Shown: positions 52,452 through 62,713 of the stretch, one piece after another | Layout: each line of letters opens with the position of its first letter | Position numbering within the stretch: the stretch's first letter is position 1 | Assembly: GCA_043426695.1 (NCBI GenBank) | Contig: JBHWRM010000109.1 | Location: 24,115 to 88,114, forward strand | Reading direction: 5' to 3' | Source of the DNA: Corynebacterium sp. | Lineage (GTDB): Bacteria; Actinomycetota; Actinomycetes; Mycobacteriales; Mycobacteriaceae | Length of the DNA: 64,000 nucleotides | Position numbers and translations under genes: made by a program | The notes under the pieces: generated by a model | The model's database searches: none | Seen by the model: the letters and a program-made list of their open reading frames with translations, nothing else | What the model was told of the DNA's origin: nothing

Positions 52452-53357
52452 TTAGGGGCGCAGCCCCCAAGAAGCGGCGAGCCCTGCCCCAATGACGCCG
52501 GCGCTGTTGAAGTGTCGCGCGATGCTCACACGAACCGAAGGCTCTTCGAGCTCAAGCTCGGGTAGCCACCGGTCTGCTTCTGCGGAGATCCCACCACCGA
52601 GGATCAGCTCCTGGGGGCGTAGCAACGCGACATAGGTGTTGAGTACCGTGCTCACTCGGGCTGCCCACTCGGGGAAAGAAAGGTTCTGCCGTGCCTTCAC
52701 CGCCGCCGAGGCCCAATGCTCTGCAGCACTGGGGGAGCCGTCGTCGGTTAACACGGTCAGGTGACCCAGCTCGGTATTGGGGTACAACCTGCTTCCGCGG
52801 AAGAGAGCAGAGCCGATCCCAGTGCCAAAGGTCAGGAAGAGCCGACTGTGTTCTGGGTTTGCGGCCTCGCCGGCAGCACACGGACCGCATTCAGAAATCC
52901 CGGCAGCGTCGGCGTCGTTGAGGAAAAACCACTCCACCTGGAGGGCGGAATTAGCCGACTGGCCGCGCAGCAAAGCCTTCCGCAAGGCCTCGTCGAACAC
53001 CGCGGCAGGCTGGGTGTCGATCCAGGAGTGCGCGATATTCGCTGCGGTGCGTGCCTCCTGGTTGGCTACCACGCTGGGAATGGCTACGCCGATCCGCAGG
53101 TTTTGGAATCCGCCGAGGGAAGAAGCCACGGTGAGCTTCGTGCCAACCTCTTGGGCGAGTACCTGCGTTGCGAGGGTCGAGACGGCGCCCGCAACGGCTT
53201 CTGGGGTTGCTGGCTGGGGAGTGGGGGCAGTGAATCGTTCCCCAACGAGACAGTGGTTGCGGGTGTCGACGAAGCCCGCTTTGATTGCGGAGCCCCCGAC
53301 ATCGAAGCCCACGGTGATGTCGGCCCATTCAGCACTATTCGCCTGCTCGGTGCTCAT
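52452..53357 (-). CDS. ppgK: Polyphosphate glucokinase (ROK family), divergent
   Basis: DVGGSAIK, TPQPATPEAV, NDADAAG, TFGTGIGS, PNTELGH; upstream of sigA. Confidence 0.88.
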   Translation of the reverse strand: MSTEQANSAEWADITVGFDVGGSAIKAGFVDTRNHCLVGERFTAPTPQPATPEAVAGAVSTLATQVLAQEVGTKLTVASSLGGFQNLRIGVAIPSVVANQEARTAANIAHSWIDTQPAAVFDEALRKALLRGQSANSALQVEWFFLNDADAAGISECGPCAAGEAANPEHSRLFLTFGTGIGSALFRGSRLYPNTELGHLTVLTDDGSPSAAEHWASAAVKARQNLSFPEWAARVSTVLNTYVALLRPQELILGGGISAEADRWLPELELEEPSVRVSIARHFNSAGVIGAGLAASWGLRP

Positions 53358-53395
53358 GGATCTGAATGCTACACATCAGTGGTATCTGTGGAGGC

Positions 53396-54403
53396 ATGAC
53401 CGAGACCTTGTTGCTTGATAAAACCACCACTGACTATGTCCCGGAGGAGATCCCGGGCGCGGCGAGCGTACGCGAGCTGCAGGCTGCTGCTGAAGATGTT
53501 GCCGCACGCGCCGCCGCCTTGGTGTTGCGCACCCGTCGGGAACGCACTGATGGTGAGGCGGTGGCGGGATCCGTCATCGAGCTGATGGGTTCGGCGATGC
53601 CGGTGGCGCAGACCAAGTCTTCCGCAGTCGACCCTGTCACCGAAGCGGATCGTGCCGCGGAGAATTTCATCCGCGAGTGGCTGCACGCCCGGTTCCCTCA
53701 GGCCACTGTTGTTGGTGAGGAGGAGGGGGCGGATGATCCTGCCCCCGATTCCGACCTCGCTGTGGCAGCAGGGGCGCGCCTGGAGTGGATCGTCGATCCG
53801 ATCGACGGCACCGTCAACTTTGTCTACGGGATTCCCGCTTTTTCGGTGTCGGTGGCTGCTGCCATCGACGGGGTACCGGTGGCCGGTGCGGTTGTGGACG
53901 TGGCCCACAGCCACGTCTTTGGGGCCTGTGTCGGTGGACCGGCCACCGTCGCCCCGATTGATTTGAAGGGCGAGGAAGTAGTCGTCGGTGAGCATAAGAA
54001 CATTAGCCGGCAGGAAGGACGGAAGGACGCTGCGCAGGCGCTCGTAGCGACCGGCTTTTCCTATGACGCCGAGCGTCGTCAGCGGCAGGCACGCGTGTTG
54101 AGCAACGTCCTGCCCCACGTGCGGGATATCCGACGCTTGGGCTCCGCCGCACTCGACCTCTGCATGGTGGCTAGCGGTCAGGTGGACGGTTACTACGAGC
54201 ACGGGCTTAACGGATGGGACTTTGCCGCCGGCGCGTTGATTGCTGCTCGAGCGGGAGCGACCGTTGTCACCCCAGTGCTTGACTACACGGCGGAGCGCGG
54301 ATTGCCCATCATTGCAGGCGTGCCGGGGGTGCAAGAAGAGCTCGAAAAATTGCTGTTGAGCCAGGGTGCAGGGGGTAGTATCGAGCAACTTTCTTTGCCG
54401 TGA
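53396..54403 (+). CDS. suhB: Inositol monophosphatase family protein
   Basis: DPVTEAD, GEE, WIVDPIDGTVNF, RRLGSAALD and WDFAAG motifs. Confidence 0.93.
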   Translation: MTETLLLDKTTTDYVPEEIPGAASVRELQAAAEDVAARAAALVLRTRRERTDGEAVAGSVIELMGSAMPVAQTKSSAVDPVTEADRAAENFIREWLHARFPQATVVGEEEGADDPAPDSDLAVAAGARLEWIVDPIDGTVNFVYGIPAFSVSVAAAIDGVPVAGAVVDVAHSHVFGACVGGPATVAPIDLKGEEVVVGEHKNISRQEGRKDAAQALVATGFSYDAERRQRQARVLSNVLPHVRDIRRLGSAALDLCMVASGQVDGYYEHGLNGWDFAAGALIAARAGATVVTPVLDYTAERGLPIIAGVPGVQEELEKLLLSQGAGGSIEQLSLP

Positions 54404-54589
54404 GCATGGGGGAGGTGACAAGTATGCGCCTCATGGCCTAATATCCGCCTTCAGCACGCATGAGGCGCTCTCAAATAGGCGCTGAATGGCTGCCGCGAAG
54501 AATGGGCTTGCGCCCCCTCAGAGCGGCAGGTGGCGGGGATTCCGCCCGATAACCTATGAGCATCATCCGAGGAGTGTGGGAGGACAACG

Positions 54590-54889
54590 ATGGCCACGGA
54601 CTACGATGCACCGCGGCGTAGCGCTGAGGAAGAGCTGGAGACTGACTCCCTCGAAGGCCTGAAGGCCGCAGAGAAGGCAGAGCCAGCGATCTCGGACACC
54701 GATGATGGCGAAATCGTGGAGCCCTTCGAACTGCCGATGGAGGAAGTCTCCGGGGAGGAACTATCCACCACGGTCACGCCGAAGCAGAACGACGAGTTCA
54801 CCTGCTCCGAGTGCTTCCTCGTCCAGCACCGAAGCCGTGTTGGTGAGAAGCTCAGCGATACCGAGTTCGTCTGTATCGACTGCGTTTAA
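54590..54889 (+). CDS. DUF4193 family acidic zinc-finger protein
   Basis: MATDYDAPR...DSLE.L...EFTCSECFLVQH...CIDC. Confidence 0.9.
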   Translation: MATDYDAPRRSAEEELETDSLEGLKAAEKAEPAISDTDDGEIVEPFELPMEEVSGEELSTTVTPKQNDEFTCSECFLVQHRSRVGEKLSDTEFVCIDCV

Positions 54890-54900
54890 TGCATAAAGAG

Positions 54901-54934
54901 ACCCGGCCTGCGGGGAAAGCTGAGCAGGCCGGGT
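54901..54934. terminator. Hairpin between the convergent DUF4193 and DUF3093 genes
   Basis: ACCCGGCCTGC/GCAGGCCGGGT 11-bp inverted repeat. Confidence 0.65.
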
Positions 54935-54955
54935 ACGCGGAGGCGCTGGGATCCC

Positions 54956-55480
54956 TTAGTAAATGGGCCTTCCCAGCGCCTCCAGCAGTTCCTGGGGGTT
55001 CTTGCTGGAGACCAGCCAGTACGGGGTGGGATCCAGTGGATCATCGAGCACTAGCATCGCCATCGTAGGAATCCACCCTTTGTGAATAACGAAGGCCGCA
55101 GGGTCGAGCTGGCGACCTAACGCAGCCTGCTTCGCGGTGGGTGGGATGACCAGCGTGCGGTCGACTACGGAGGCGGGGAGTTGTGCGTCGCCCGCGCGGA
55201 TAATTCTTTCACCCTGGGAGTTCTCGAACACCTCGATCTTTGTGCGGGAAAGTGCGATAAGCCCCCACGCCGCAAGGGCAGCCGCGATCACCCCGGCGAC
55301 GAGCAACCACCACCAGTCGCGTCCCATTTGCGCCTGCCAGGCGATGATGGCGACCACGCCGATGGCAGCGAGCCACCAGGACAGCGGTACCCGCTGGGAC
55401 TCGCTGTACAGCACCCGCGTGCCGGCCGCCTCGCCGGGCCTCGCCGGTGGTGGGGTCGATGCTCCGTTCGCAGCGTCCAT
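54956..55480 (-). CDS. DUF3093 family membrane protein
   Basis: Y.E...VPLSWW, LGRQLDPAAF and DPTPYWLVSS motifs; divergent from dut. Confidence 0.88.
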   Translation of the reverse strand: MDAANGASTPPPARPGEAAGTRVLYSESQRVPLSWWLAAIGVVAIIAWQAQMGRDWWWLLVAGVIAAALAAWGLIALSRTKIEVFENSQGERIIRAGDAQLPASVVDRTLVIPPTAKQAALGRQLDPAAFVIHKGWIPTMAMLVLDDPLDPTPYWLVSSKNPQELLEALGRPIY

Positions 55481-55701
55481 GACTCGCAGAGTGCTCCTCG
55501 TCTACCTGTACTTCTTTAACCAGGCTCTGCCTCGCAGGCGTTCACGTGCCGCGCCGAGCCTTTATTGGGTGGCATTTACCGGCCACCATCATACCCACAC
55601 ACCAGCGGGTTCTTCGAAGCCGCCGCTGCTCCCAGCACACGGGAGCTATTCGTGCATTGGGCCCAAAAAGGTGCAGCGGCGACCTTGTACAGTGGAGCCT
55701 C

Positions 55702-56151
55702 ATGAGCAGTCCGTTGGAAATTTTTCAGATTGACCCATCTCTCCCGCTCCCGAACCGGGCACACCCCGAAGACGCGGGTATCGATCTCTACTCTGCTGAG
55801 GACATCACCTTGAAGCCGGGGCAGCGCAGTCTGGTGGGCACGGGAATCGCCATGGCGGTGCCGGTTGGCAAGGTCGGTTTGGTGCACCCGCGTAGTGGAC
55901 TGGCGGTAAAGAAGGGGCTGTCGATCGTTAACGCGCCCGGCACAATCGATGCTGGGTACCGCGGGGAGGTCAAGGTCAATCTGATCAATCTTGACCCCGA
56001 AGAAACAATCAACATCAGCCGCGGCGAACGCATCGCGCAGCTGCTGATTCAGGACGTCAGCCTCTGCGAGGTCGTCACGGTGGACAGCATCGACCAACTC
56101 GGGGAGACCACCCGAGGAAGTGGTGGGCACGGCTCCACCGGTACACGCTGA
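55702..56151 (+). CDS. dut: dUTPase
   Basis: [39 protein letters not shown] lies 8 nt after TACAGT. Confidence 0.97.
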   Translation: MSSPLEIFQIDPSLPLPNRAHPEDAGIDLYSAEDITLKPGQRSLVGTGIAMAVPVGKVGLVHPRSGLAVKKGLSIVNAPGTIDAGYRGEVKVNLINLDPEETINISRGERIAQLLIQDVSLCEVVTVDSIDQLGETTRGSGGHGSTGTR

Positions 56152-56267
56152 GACGTGGTCGGGCAGTCGAATCAGATAGCCGATTAGATTTAGTTACTAG
56201 CTTTTAAAGACCAGCGGTGACGCTTGCGAGTCTTGCGCTGGCGGGTGCGGAAGGACAGTTGTTAAAA

Positions 56268-57014
56268 ATGTGGCCCTTTTCTAAGAAGAAGAACGAGCTC
56301 AGTGGTGTAGAACCAAGCACACCTCATAGCCAGGCCGAGCAGGAGGTCCCAGACGCGGCTGACGGGGCTGCGGCCGGCTCAACGGAAAATGAGCACCCCG
56401 TGCAGGGTGAGGATTTCGGCCCCTTCGACGGGGACACGCTGGACTACCGCGAATACAATTTCAGCGATTTCGCCAAGGGCGGGCTCGACCTGGGATCCAT
56501 GATGATTCCGGTTCCACACGAGGCCGAGGTGCAGGTGGAAATGGGCGATGATGGCCCGCAAATGCTCCACATTCTCACCCCCTTTGGCCGGGTCACGCCG
56601 GTCGCCTTCGCAGCCCCAACCACCGGCGAACTCTGGGATAACACGGTGCCGACGCTCATCGAAGGCATGGCAGCTGATGGGTTGGAGGCAACCACCGAGG
56701 AAGGCCCATGGGGTGCCGAGATCGTTGCCCAGTCTGGCGACGGCACACTTCGGGTTATTGGGGCTACGGGCCCGCGATGGATGCTGCGCATGACCCTCGC
56801 TGGCCCACAGGAATCGGCTGAGCAGATGGCGGCGTTGGGGCGCGAGATTATCGCCCGCACCTTCGTCGTTCGAGGCACTGACCCGATCCCTGCCGGCGAT
56901 CCGTTGCCTGTTCAGCTCCCGCAGGCGATGGTTGAGGAACTGGCACGACACCTGCAGGAACAGCAGAACACTCAAGCGCAGCCACAAAAGCCCAACGAGG
57001 ATGGCAATGACTAG
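56268..57014 (+). CDS. DUF3710 family protein
   Basis: GPFD, LDLGS, AFAAP, GPWG.E, GPRWMLR and VVRG motifs; follows dut. Confidence 0.88.
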   Translation: MWPFSKKKNELSGVEPSTPHSQAEQEVPDAADGAAAGSTENEHPVQGEDFGPFDGDTLDYREYNFSDFAKGGLDLGSMMIPVPHEAEVQVEMGDDGPQMLHILTPFGRVTPVAFAAPTTGELWDNTVPTLIEGMAADGLEATTEEGPWGAEIVAQSGDGTLRVIGATGPRWMLRMTLAGPQESAEQMAALGREIIARTFVVRGTDPIPAGDPLPVQLPQAMVEELARHLQEQQNTQAQPQKPNEDGND

Positions 57015-58257
57015 CCCGGAAACTATCACTCTGGATCTGGACCAGCCTGGCCATCGTGGCGTGGTCATCGGCCAGCACGACGGGCAGATCGTCTTCGTCC
57101 GTGGCGGACTGCCCGGGGAGAAAGGGGTCGAGGTTGCGCTGGACCCTGCGAAAAAGAACGGCAAACAAAGATTCCGCACGGGTCAAGCACTGACTATTGA
57201 CCAGCCGAGCCCGCACCGCGTCCCTGGGCAATGTGATGCCGCCGCTGCAGGAGCAGGCTGCTGCGACCTCGACTTCGTTGATGCCGAGGGCTCGCTGGAC
57301 TTTAAGCAGGCGGTAGTCATCGACCAGTTCCGCCGCCTCGGCAAGTTTGAAATGCCGCAGGTCTTCCTCGATGCTCATGTCTGTGCGACAAGCCTGTGGC
57401 CTTTTACATATTACCGCCACCGCGTACGCCTCGGCGTCGACGCGGAAGGCCAAACTGGTCTGCGGAAGCCTAAAAGCCACGAGATCGTGCCGCTAGACGA
57501 GGTCGATTGCGCTCAATGGCTCCCCGGGCTGACGGACGGGGTTGCCAGTCTCAACCCAACCCCAGGCAGCGAGGTTGTGGTTGGCGTCGGTCGAGACGGT
57601 AAGCGCTCAGTTGTGGAGCTTAAAAAGACCCGCCGAGGCCGGAAGCGCCGTGTACTCGACGGTGACGGCGAGGTGACTCATTCGCACCTTGGCGTGACTT
57701 GGAAGGTGCCGGTGGAGGCGTTCTGGCAATCCCACATTTCTGCCAGTGCCTATTACGCCCGCTGGGTTGCCGACCGGCTGAACGGAGATTTGCACACCGT
57801 GTGGGATCTTTACGGCGGCTGCGGGGCGTTGTCCGCCGGCCTGCTGGACTCCGCGCGCAACATTGAGATCGTGGACGTCGCAAGCAGCGCAACACATGCT
57901 GGACGGGAAGCTTTCGCGGCGGCCCGGGAGTCTCGTGCTGAAGGGACGGATACGGCCGTACGTTTCCGCAGCAGCGACGTCGGCGCGTGGCTGGAGAACC
58001 TCGAGGAGGTCGCGGATCCGGACGCCGTCGTTCTCGACCCACCGCGTACGGGCGCGGGGGCGGACGTCATTCAGAACATCGCGCAGCACCGTCCACCGCG
58101 GGTGATTCACATCGGCTGCGACCCTGCCACGGCAGCCCGCGACGCGGGTCTGTGGCGAGATGCGGGTTATGAGCTGCGTGAGATGGAGATCGTCGACGCC
58201 TTCGGGCTGACTCATCACGTCGAGACGTTGATGTACTTCGAGGTGGCGGGCGAATAA
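57007..58257 (+). CDS. TRAM-domain RNA m5U methyltransferase (TrmA/RlmD family)
   Basis: [10 protein letters not shown]...GAGCCD, FWQ, DLYGGCG, LDPPRTG, GCDPAT and THHVE motifs. Confidence 0.9.
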   Translation: MTSPETITLDLDQPGHRGVVIGQHDGQIVFVRGGLPGEKGVEVALDPAKKNGKQRFRTGQALTIDQPSPHRVPGQCDAAAAGAGCCDLDFVDAEGSLDFKQAVVIDQFRRLGKFEMPQVFLDAHVCATSLWPFTYYRHRVRLGVDAEGQTGLRKPKSHEIVPLDEVDCAQWLPGLTDGVASLNPTPGSEVVVGVGRDGKRSVVELKKTRRGRKRRVLDGDGEVTHSHLGVTWKVPVEAFWQSHISASAYYARWVADRLNGDLHTVWDLYGGCGALSAGLLDSARNIEIVDVASSATHAGREAFAAARESRAEGTDTAVRFRSSDVGAWLENLEEVADPDAVVLDPPRTGAGADVIQNIAQHRPPRVIHIGCDPATAARDAGLWRDAGYELREMEIVDAFGLTHHVETLMYFEVAGE

Positions 58258-58327
58258 CGCTGAAGGCGGTGTCCCCACTAGGATGGGGCGTGCACAAAGA
58301 ATGTGGGATGGAGAGAAACTGAGTTCA

Positions 58328-60217
58328 ATGGGAATCCTTGAAAATATTTCCTCACCAGCGGATCTGAAGATGCTCGAAGAGGGCAAGCTGGATCAACTGG
58401 CGCAGGAGATTCGGGAATTTTTGATTGAAAAAGTTTCCGCGACCGGCGGACACTTGGGGCCCAACCTCGGTGTCGTCGAGCTCACGATGGCGCTGCACCG
58501 CGTCTTTGATTCGCCGTCCGACCCCCTGATCTTCGACACGGGCCACCAGGCGTACGTGCACAAGATTTTGACGGGACGCCGCGACCTCTTTGACACGCTG
58601 CGTCAGAAGGATGGCCTGTCGGGCTACCCCGACCGTGCGGAAAGTCCGCACGACTGGACTGAATCTTCCCACGCCTCGGCATCCCTTTCCTATGCCGACG
58701 GATTGGCCAAGGCCTTCGAACTCAGCGGTCAGACGCACCGTCATGTCGCAGCTGTCGTTGGTGATGGGGCTCTTACCGGCGGCATGTGTTGGGAGGCGCT
58801 GAACAACATTGCCACCGGCAAGAAGCGCTCGATCGTCATCGTGGTCAACGACAATGGGCGTTCCTATTCGCCGACGATCGGTGGGCTGGCGGAGAACCTC
58901 GCTGCACTGCGTCTGCAGCCCGCCTATGACAAGGTCATGGAGTCCGGGAAAAACACCCTTGGTCGCATGGGATGGGTTGGGGACCGCGCATTTCAGCTGA
59001 TTTCTGGGCTCAAGGAAGGGGTCAAGCACTCTATCCTCCCGCAGGAAATGTTCTCCGACCTGGGGCTGAAGTACATTGGTCCGGTTGATGGGCATGATAT
59101 CGGCCAGGTGGAGAACGCGTTGCGTTATGCGAAGGACTACGGTGGCCCGGTCATCGTCCACACGATCACCCACAAGGGCAAGGGCTTCGACCCGGCGGAG
59201 AACGACGAAGCCGATCAGATGCACGCCACGGGCGTGATCGACCCGGTCACGGGTGTGCCGAAGGAAGCCTCGAAGCCCGGCTGGACTCAGGTGTTCTCCT
59301 CGCACCTCATCGAGCGGGCGTGGGAGAGGGATGACGTCGTGGCAATCACCGCCGCGATGGCCGGCCCCACTGGCCTCGCTGAGTTTGGTGAGGTGTTCCC
59401 ACAACGCACCTTCGACGTTGGCATCGCAGAGCAGCATGCCGTGACGTCCGCCGCCGGACTTGCCCTCGGTGGCTTGCATCCGGTTGTTGCGGTCTATTCG
59501 ACTTTCCTCAACCGTGCCTTCGACCAGATGCTGATGGATGTCGGTCTGCTTGGTCTGGGCGTGACTTTCGTGCTGGATCGCGCTGGAATCACCGGCCCGG
59601 ATGGTGCTAGCCACAACGGTATGTGGGATATGTCTATCACCGGAATTGTGCCGGGGATTCATGTCGCTGCCCCGCGTGACGGAGCGCAACTGCGCCAGGC
59701 GCTGGACCGGTGCCTTGACGTTGACGACGCTCCCACCGTCGTGCGCTTCCCGAAGGGCAGCGTTCCGGCGGACATCCCTGCTGTTCGCCAAGAGGCGAGC
59801 TACGACGTTTTGTTTGAGCACAGCGCCGCAGATGGTGACGGTGCGAAGAAACTGCTGGTGATTAACTACGGCGCGCTTGTGGGGCAATCCCGGGCGGCCG
59901 CAGAGGCGGCCAAGTCCAAGGGTTGGGAGGCCGTGGTTGTGGATCCGCATTGGGTCTACCCGGTCTCTGAGGAACTCGTTCAGCTCGCCGACGCCGCCGA
60001 CCTGGTGGTGACGGTCGAGGATAACGGTATTCACGGAGGGGCCGGTTCTGCACTGCAGGCGGCGTTGAGTGCCGCAGAGGTGGATACGCCGGTGCGTTTG
60101 CTCGCCGTGCCTCAGGAATACTTGGCACACGCTTCAAGAGGCGAAGTGCTCGAAGAGATCGGCCTTGACGTCGCGACCGTGGAACGTCGCGTGACTGGGT
60201 GGCTCGACCGCTTTTAG
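58328..60217 (+). CDS. dxs: 1-deoxy-D-xylulose-5-phosphate synthase
   Basis: [38 protein letters not shown] and GASHNG motifs. Confidence 0.97.
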   Translation: MGILENISSPADLKMLEEGKLDQLAQEIREFLIEKVSATGGHLGPNLGVVELTMALHRVFDSPSDPLIFDTGHQAYVHKILTGRRDLFDTLRQKDGLSGYPDRAESPHDWTESSHASASLSYADGLAKAFELSGQTHRHVAAVVGDGALTGGMCWEALNNIATGKKRSIVIVVNDNGRSYSPTIGGLAENLAALRLQPAYDKVMESGKNTLGRMGWVGDRAFQLISGLKEGVKHSILPQEMFSDLGLKYIGPVDGHDIGQVENALRYAKDYGGPVIVHTITHKGKGFDPAENDEADQMHATGVIDPVTGVPKEASKPGWTQVFSSHLIERAWERDDVVAITAAMAGPTGLAEFGEVFPQRTFDVGIAEQHAVTSAAGLALGGLHPVVAVYSTFLNRAFDQMLMDVGLLGLGVTFVLDRAGITGPDGASHNGMWDMSITGIVPGIHVAAPRDGAQLRQALDRCLDVDDAPTVVRFPKGSVPADIPAVRQEASYDVLFEHSAADGDGAKKLLVINYGALVGQSRAAAEAAKSKGWEAVVVDPHWVYPVSEELVQLADAADLVVTVEDNGIHGGAGSALQAALSAAEVDTPVRLLAVPQEYLAHASRGEVLEEIGLDVATVERRVTGWLDRF

Positions 60218-60353
60218 AGGGATTTAGCGGTTCCGAGTCCGCCCAAGTGCGGGGGAGCGGGTCCACCGGGTTTAGGGGGGTACCCCCCCTGTTCACCCGG
60301 TAATGGGGGTAATTAACAACAAGAATGTTGTGTAAATTCGCTGTGGGACCAAA

Positions 60354-60372
60354 TTAGGGTTGCCTATCTTCA
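60354..60372. promoter_or_regulatory. DtxR box 1
   Basis: TTAGGGTTGCCTATCTTCA matches TTAGGTTAGCCTAACCTAA at 14/19 positions by my count. Confidence 0.75.
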
Positions 60373-60398
60373 CTGTCTTTGACAGTATCTAGGGAGAC

Positions 60399-60417
60399 TT
60401 AGGGCAAGCTAACCTTG
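60399..60417. promoter_or_regulatory. DtxR box 2
   Basis: TTAGGGCAAGCTAACCTTG matches the consensus at 14/19 positions and overlaps a possible -10 TAACCT. Confidence 0.75.
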
Positions 60418-60498
60418 CTTGTTCGGTCAATTTTCGGAATAATACCGGCCGTACCTCGGTGCAGAGGCAGGCCGGGACGAACTAGGAAGAGCACAAGA

Positions 60499-61458
60499 TT
60501 GAAGATCTCCCACGCACTCGTTGCGGCAGCTGCTGGATTCTCCTTGATCCTCACGGGCTGCGCAGCCGAGGATAACTCCGCCGAGAATAACTCCGCTTCC
60601 AGCCAGCAGAATAACGCGGATCGCGCCTACACCCTCGCGGCTGAAAACGGAACCATCGAGCTGGAGTCCGAGCCGAAGCGCATCGTCGTCCTCGACTATG
60701 CCTCTCTCGACACCCTGGCTGCACTGGGGGAGAAGGACCGCGTCGTGTCCACCGCCAAGGCTGCCACCATGCCGAAGGCTGCAGAGGGAATCGAGGCTAA
60801 CGCCGGCTCTCTGAAGGAGCCAGATATGGAGGCCATTGCCGCAGCGGATCCGGATCTGATCCTCATCGGCGGGCGTCAGGCGAAGATGCTCAAGGAGTTC
60901 GAGAAGATCGCCCCGACCGCGAACATGACGATCAACTATGACCACTACACGATCGATAGCAACCTGGAGCGCGTCGAGGCCCTGGGCAAGCTTTTCGGCA
61001 AGGAAGCCGAAGCTAAGGAGAAGGCCGACGAAATCCGCGATCGCGTGAAGAAAATCGCCGACTCCGTACCGGCCGATAAGAAGGAAGCCGCTGTCCTGAT
61101 GACCAACGGTGGCGAGATCAGCCTCTACGGTGCGGACTCCCGCTTCGGCCTGGTCTTCAACGACCTCGGCTTCACCCCGGCAGGAAACATCGACAGCGAT
61201 AGCTCCCACGGTGAGAACGCTTCCTTCGAGCTGCTGAAGAAGATCAACCCGAAGACCATCTTCGTCATCGACCGCGACGCGGCCATCGGACAGGAAGGCC
61301 ACTCCGCGAAAGCCACCCTCGACAACGAGCTGGTCAAGCAGACGGATGCGGCGAAGGAGGACCGGATCTACATGCTGAGCGGTGCTGACTGGTACCTCAA
61401 CGGTGGCGGCATCGACGGCCTGAACACCATGCTCGACGATATCGAGCAGGCACTCTAA
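60499..61458 (+). CDS. Siderophore ABC transporter substrate-binding lipoprotein (CeuE/YclQ-like)
   Basis: TTG start after AGGAAG, lipobox LTGC, PKRIVVLD, GSLKEPDMEAI, SRFG, HG and WYL motifs. Confidence 0.9.
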   Translation: MKISHALVAAAAGFSLILTGCAAEDNSAENNSASSQQNNADRAYTLAAENGTIELESEPKRIVVLDYASLDTLAALGEKDRVVSTAKAATMPKAAEGIEANAGSLKEPDMEAIAAADPDLILIGGRQAKMLKEFEKIAPTANMTINYDHYTIDSNLERVEALGKLFGKEAEAKEKADEIRDRVKKIADSVPADKKEAAVLMTNGGEISLYGADSRFGLVFNDLGFTPAGNIDSDSSHGENASFELLKKINPKTIFVIDRDAAIGQEGHSAKATLDNELVKQTDAAKEDRIYMLSGADWYLNGGGIDGLNTMLDDIEQAL

Positions 61459-61467
61459 GGAAACAAC

Positions 61468-61497
61468 AACCGCGCCACGGGAACCCGGGGCGCGGTT
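61468..61497 (+). other. Intra-operon hairpin (mRNA stabiliser or attenuator) after the binding-protein gene
   Basis: AACCGCGCC...GGCGCGGTT stem with no U tract. Confidence 0.55.
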
Positions 61498-61545
61498 CAA
61501 ACACGTAAATAGCGAACGAGACGGTAGTAGGAGAGTAGCGAGCAG

Positions 61546-62691
61546 ATGGGTACCAACGGTTCCGTGAGCACCCTGACGAAGCAGGCAGGGGCCCCCTTGT
61601 CACATGCCGTGCAGACTTCGTATCGGGAGCAGGTCGGTTCTCAGAGCGTGGCCATCGACACCACTGCAGGAAGCAACTCCGTGGCGACAGCCGAATCCGC
61701 AGACCGGAAGACTCCTCGTTCGCGTGGCCCCGTCTATGCCATGATCGTCGCGGGCGTTCTCGTGGTGCTTTCGCTGCTCAGCCTGATGCTGGGGGCGGCG
61801 GATGCGGACTCCTCCGTGGTCGCTGTCTCCCGCATCCCGCGCACCCTCGCCGCCCTGCTGGCCGGATCAGCGTTGGCCATGGGCGGGTTGATCATGCAGC
61901 TGCTGGCCCGCAACCGCTTCGTCGAGGCTTCTACCGTCGGCTCCACGGAGTCGGCCATGGCTGGGCTGCTGGCCGTCGCACTGCTCCTCCCCGGTGCCCC
62001 GATGTGGGCAAAGCTCGGAATGGCCAGCCTCACCGCACTCATCGGCACGATCGGATTCCTGGTCATCGTGTCCCGAATCAAGGTGCGAACCGGCTTCACC
62101 GTCCCGCTGGTCGGCATCATTTACGGCGGCATTATCGGCGCCGCCACCACGTTTTTTGCATACTCTTTCGACCTGCTGCAAAGCCTCGGCGCGTGGCAGC
62201 TCGGATCCTTCGCAGGTGTGCTCCGCGGCCGCTACGAGATCCTCTGGCTCGTCGCAGTGCTTGCACTTGCAGCCTATGTCCTCGCTGACCGGTTGACCTT
62301 GCTTGGCCTTGGGCACGACCTGGCGAAGGGCGTCGGCGTCCGTGTGAAGCTCGTCGAGTATTCCGCAATCGTGATTGTGGCTGTCATCGCGGCTGTCACA
62401 GTCACCGTCGTGGGTGCTATCCCGTTTATTGGACTGATCGTCCCCAACTTGGTTCGCGCACGCATTGGTGACAACGCTCGCAAGGCACTTCCTTGGGTCG
62501 CGGCCTGTGGCGCAGCCATGACGCTGGGTGGGGACATTGTGAGCCGCATCATCCGCTACCCGTACGAAATCCCGGTTGGGACCGTTCTTGGGGTGCTGGG
62601 TGCTGCCGTATTCCTTTATATTTTGATTCGCGGGGCTCGCATCCAGAACTCAACGAAGCCAAAGCTGTTCCGCCGCGCTCGTCGCGGCTAG
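61546..62691 (+). CDS. FecCD-family iron-siderophore permease 1
   Basis: SRIPRT, MQLLARNRFVE, VGAIPFIGLIVPN and PYEIPVG motifs. Confidence 0.92.
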   Translation: MGTNGSVSTLTKQAGAPLSHAVQTSYREQVGSQSVAIDTTAGSNSVATAESADRKTPRSRGPVYAMIVAGVLVVLSLLSLMLGAADADSSVVAVSRIPRTLAALLAGSALAMGGLIMQLLARNRFVEASTVGSTESAMAGLLAVALLLPGAPMWAKLGMASLTALIGTIGFLVIVSRIKVRTGFTVPLVGIIYGGIIGAATTFFAYSFDLLQSLGAWQLGSFAGVLRGRYEILWLVAVLALAAYVLADRLTLLGLGHDLAKGVGVRVKLVEYSAIVIVAVIAAVTVTVVGAIPFIGLIVPNLVRARIGDNARKALPWVAACGAAMTLGGDIVSRIIRYPYEIPVGTVLGVLGAAVFLYILIRGARIQNSTKPKLFRRARRG

Positions 62692-62713
62692 CGATATAGG
62701 GAAAGGTTAGCTT

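Noticed and set aside
60565..60596. 15-bp tandem repeat (AEDNS AENNS) in the lipoprotein linker
   Set aside because: This is an ordinary low-complexity tether
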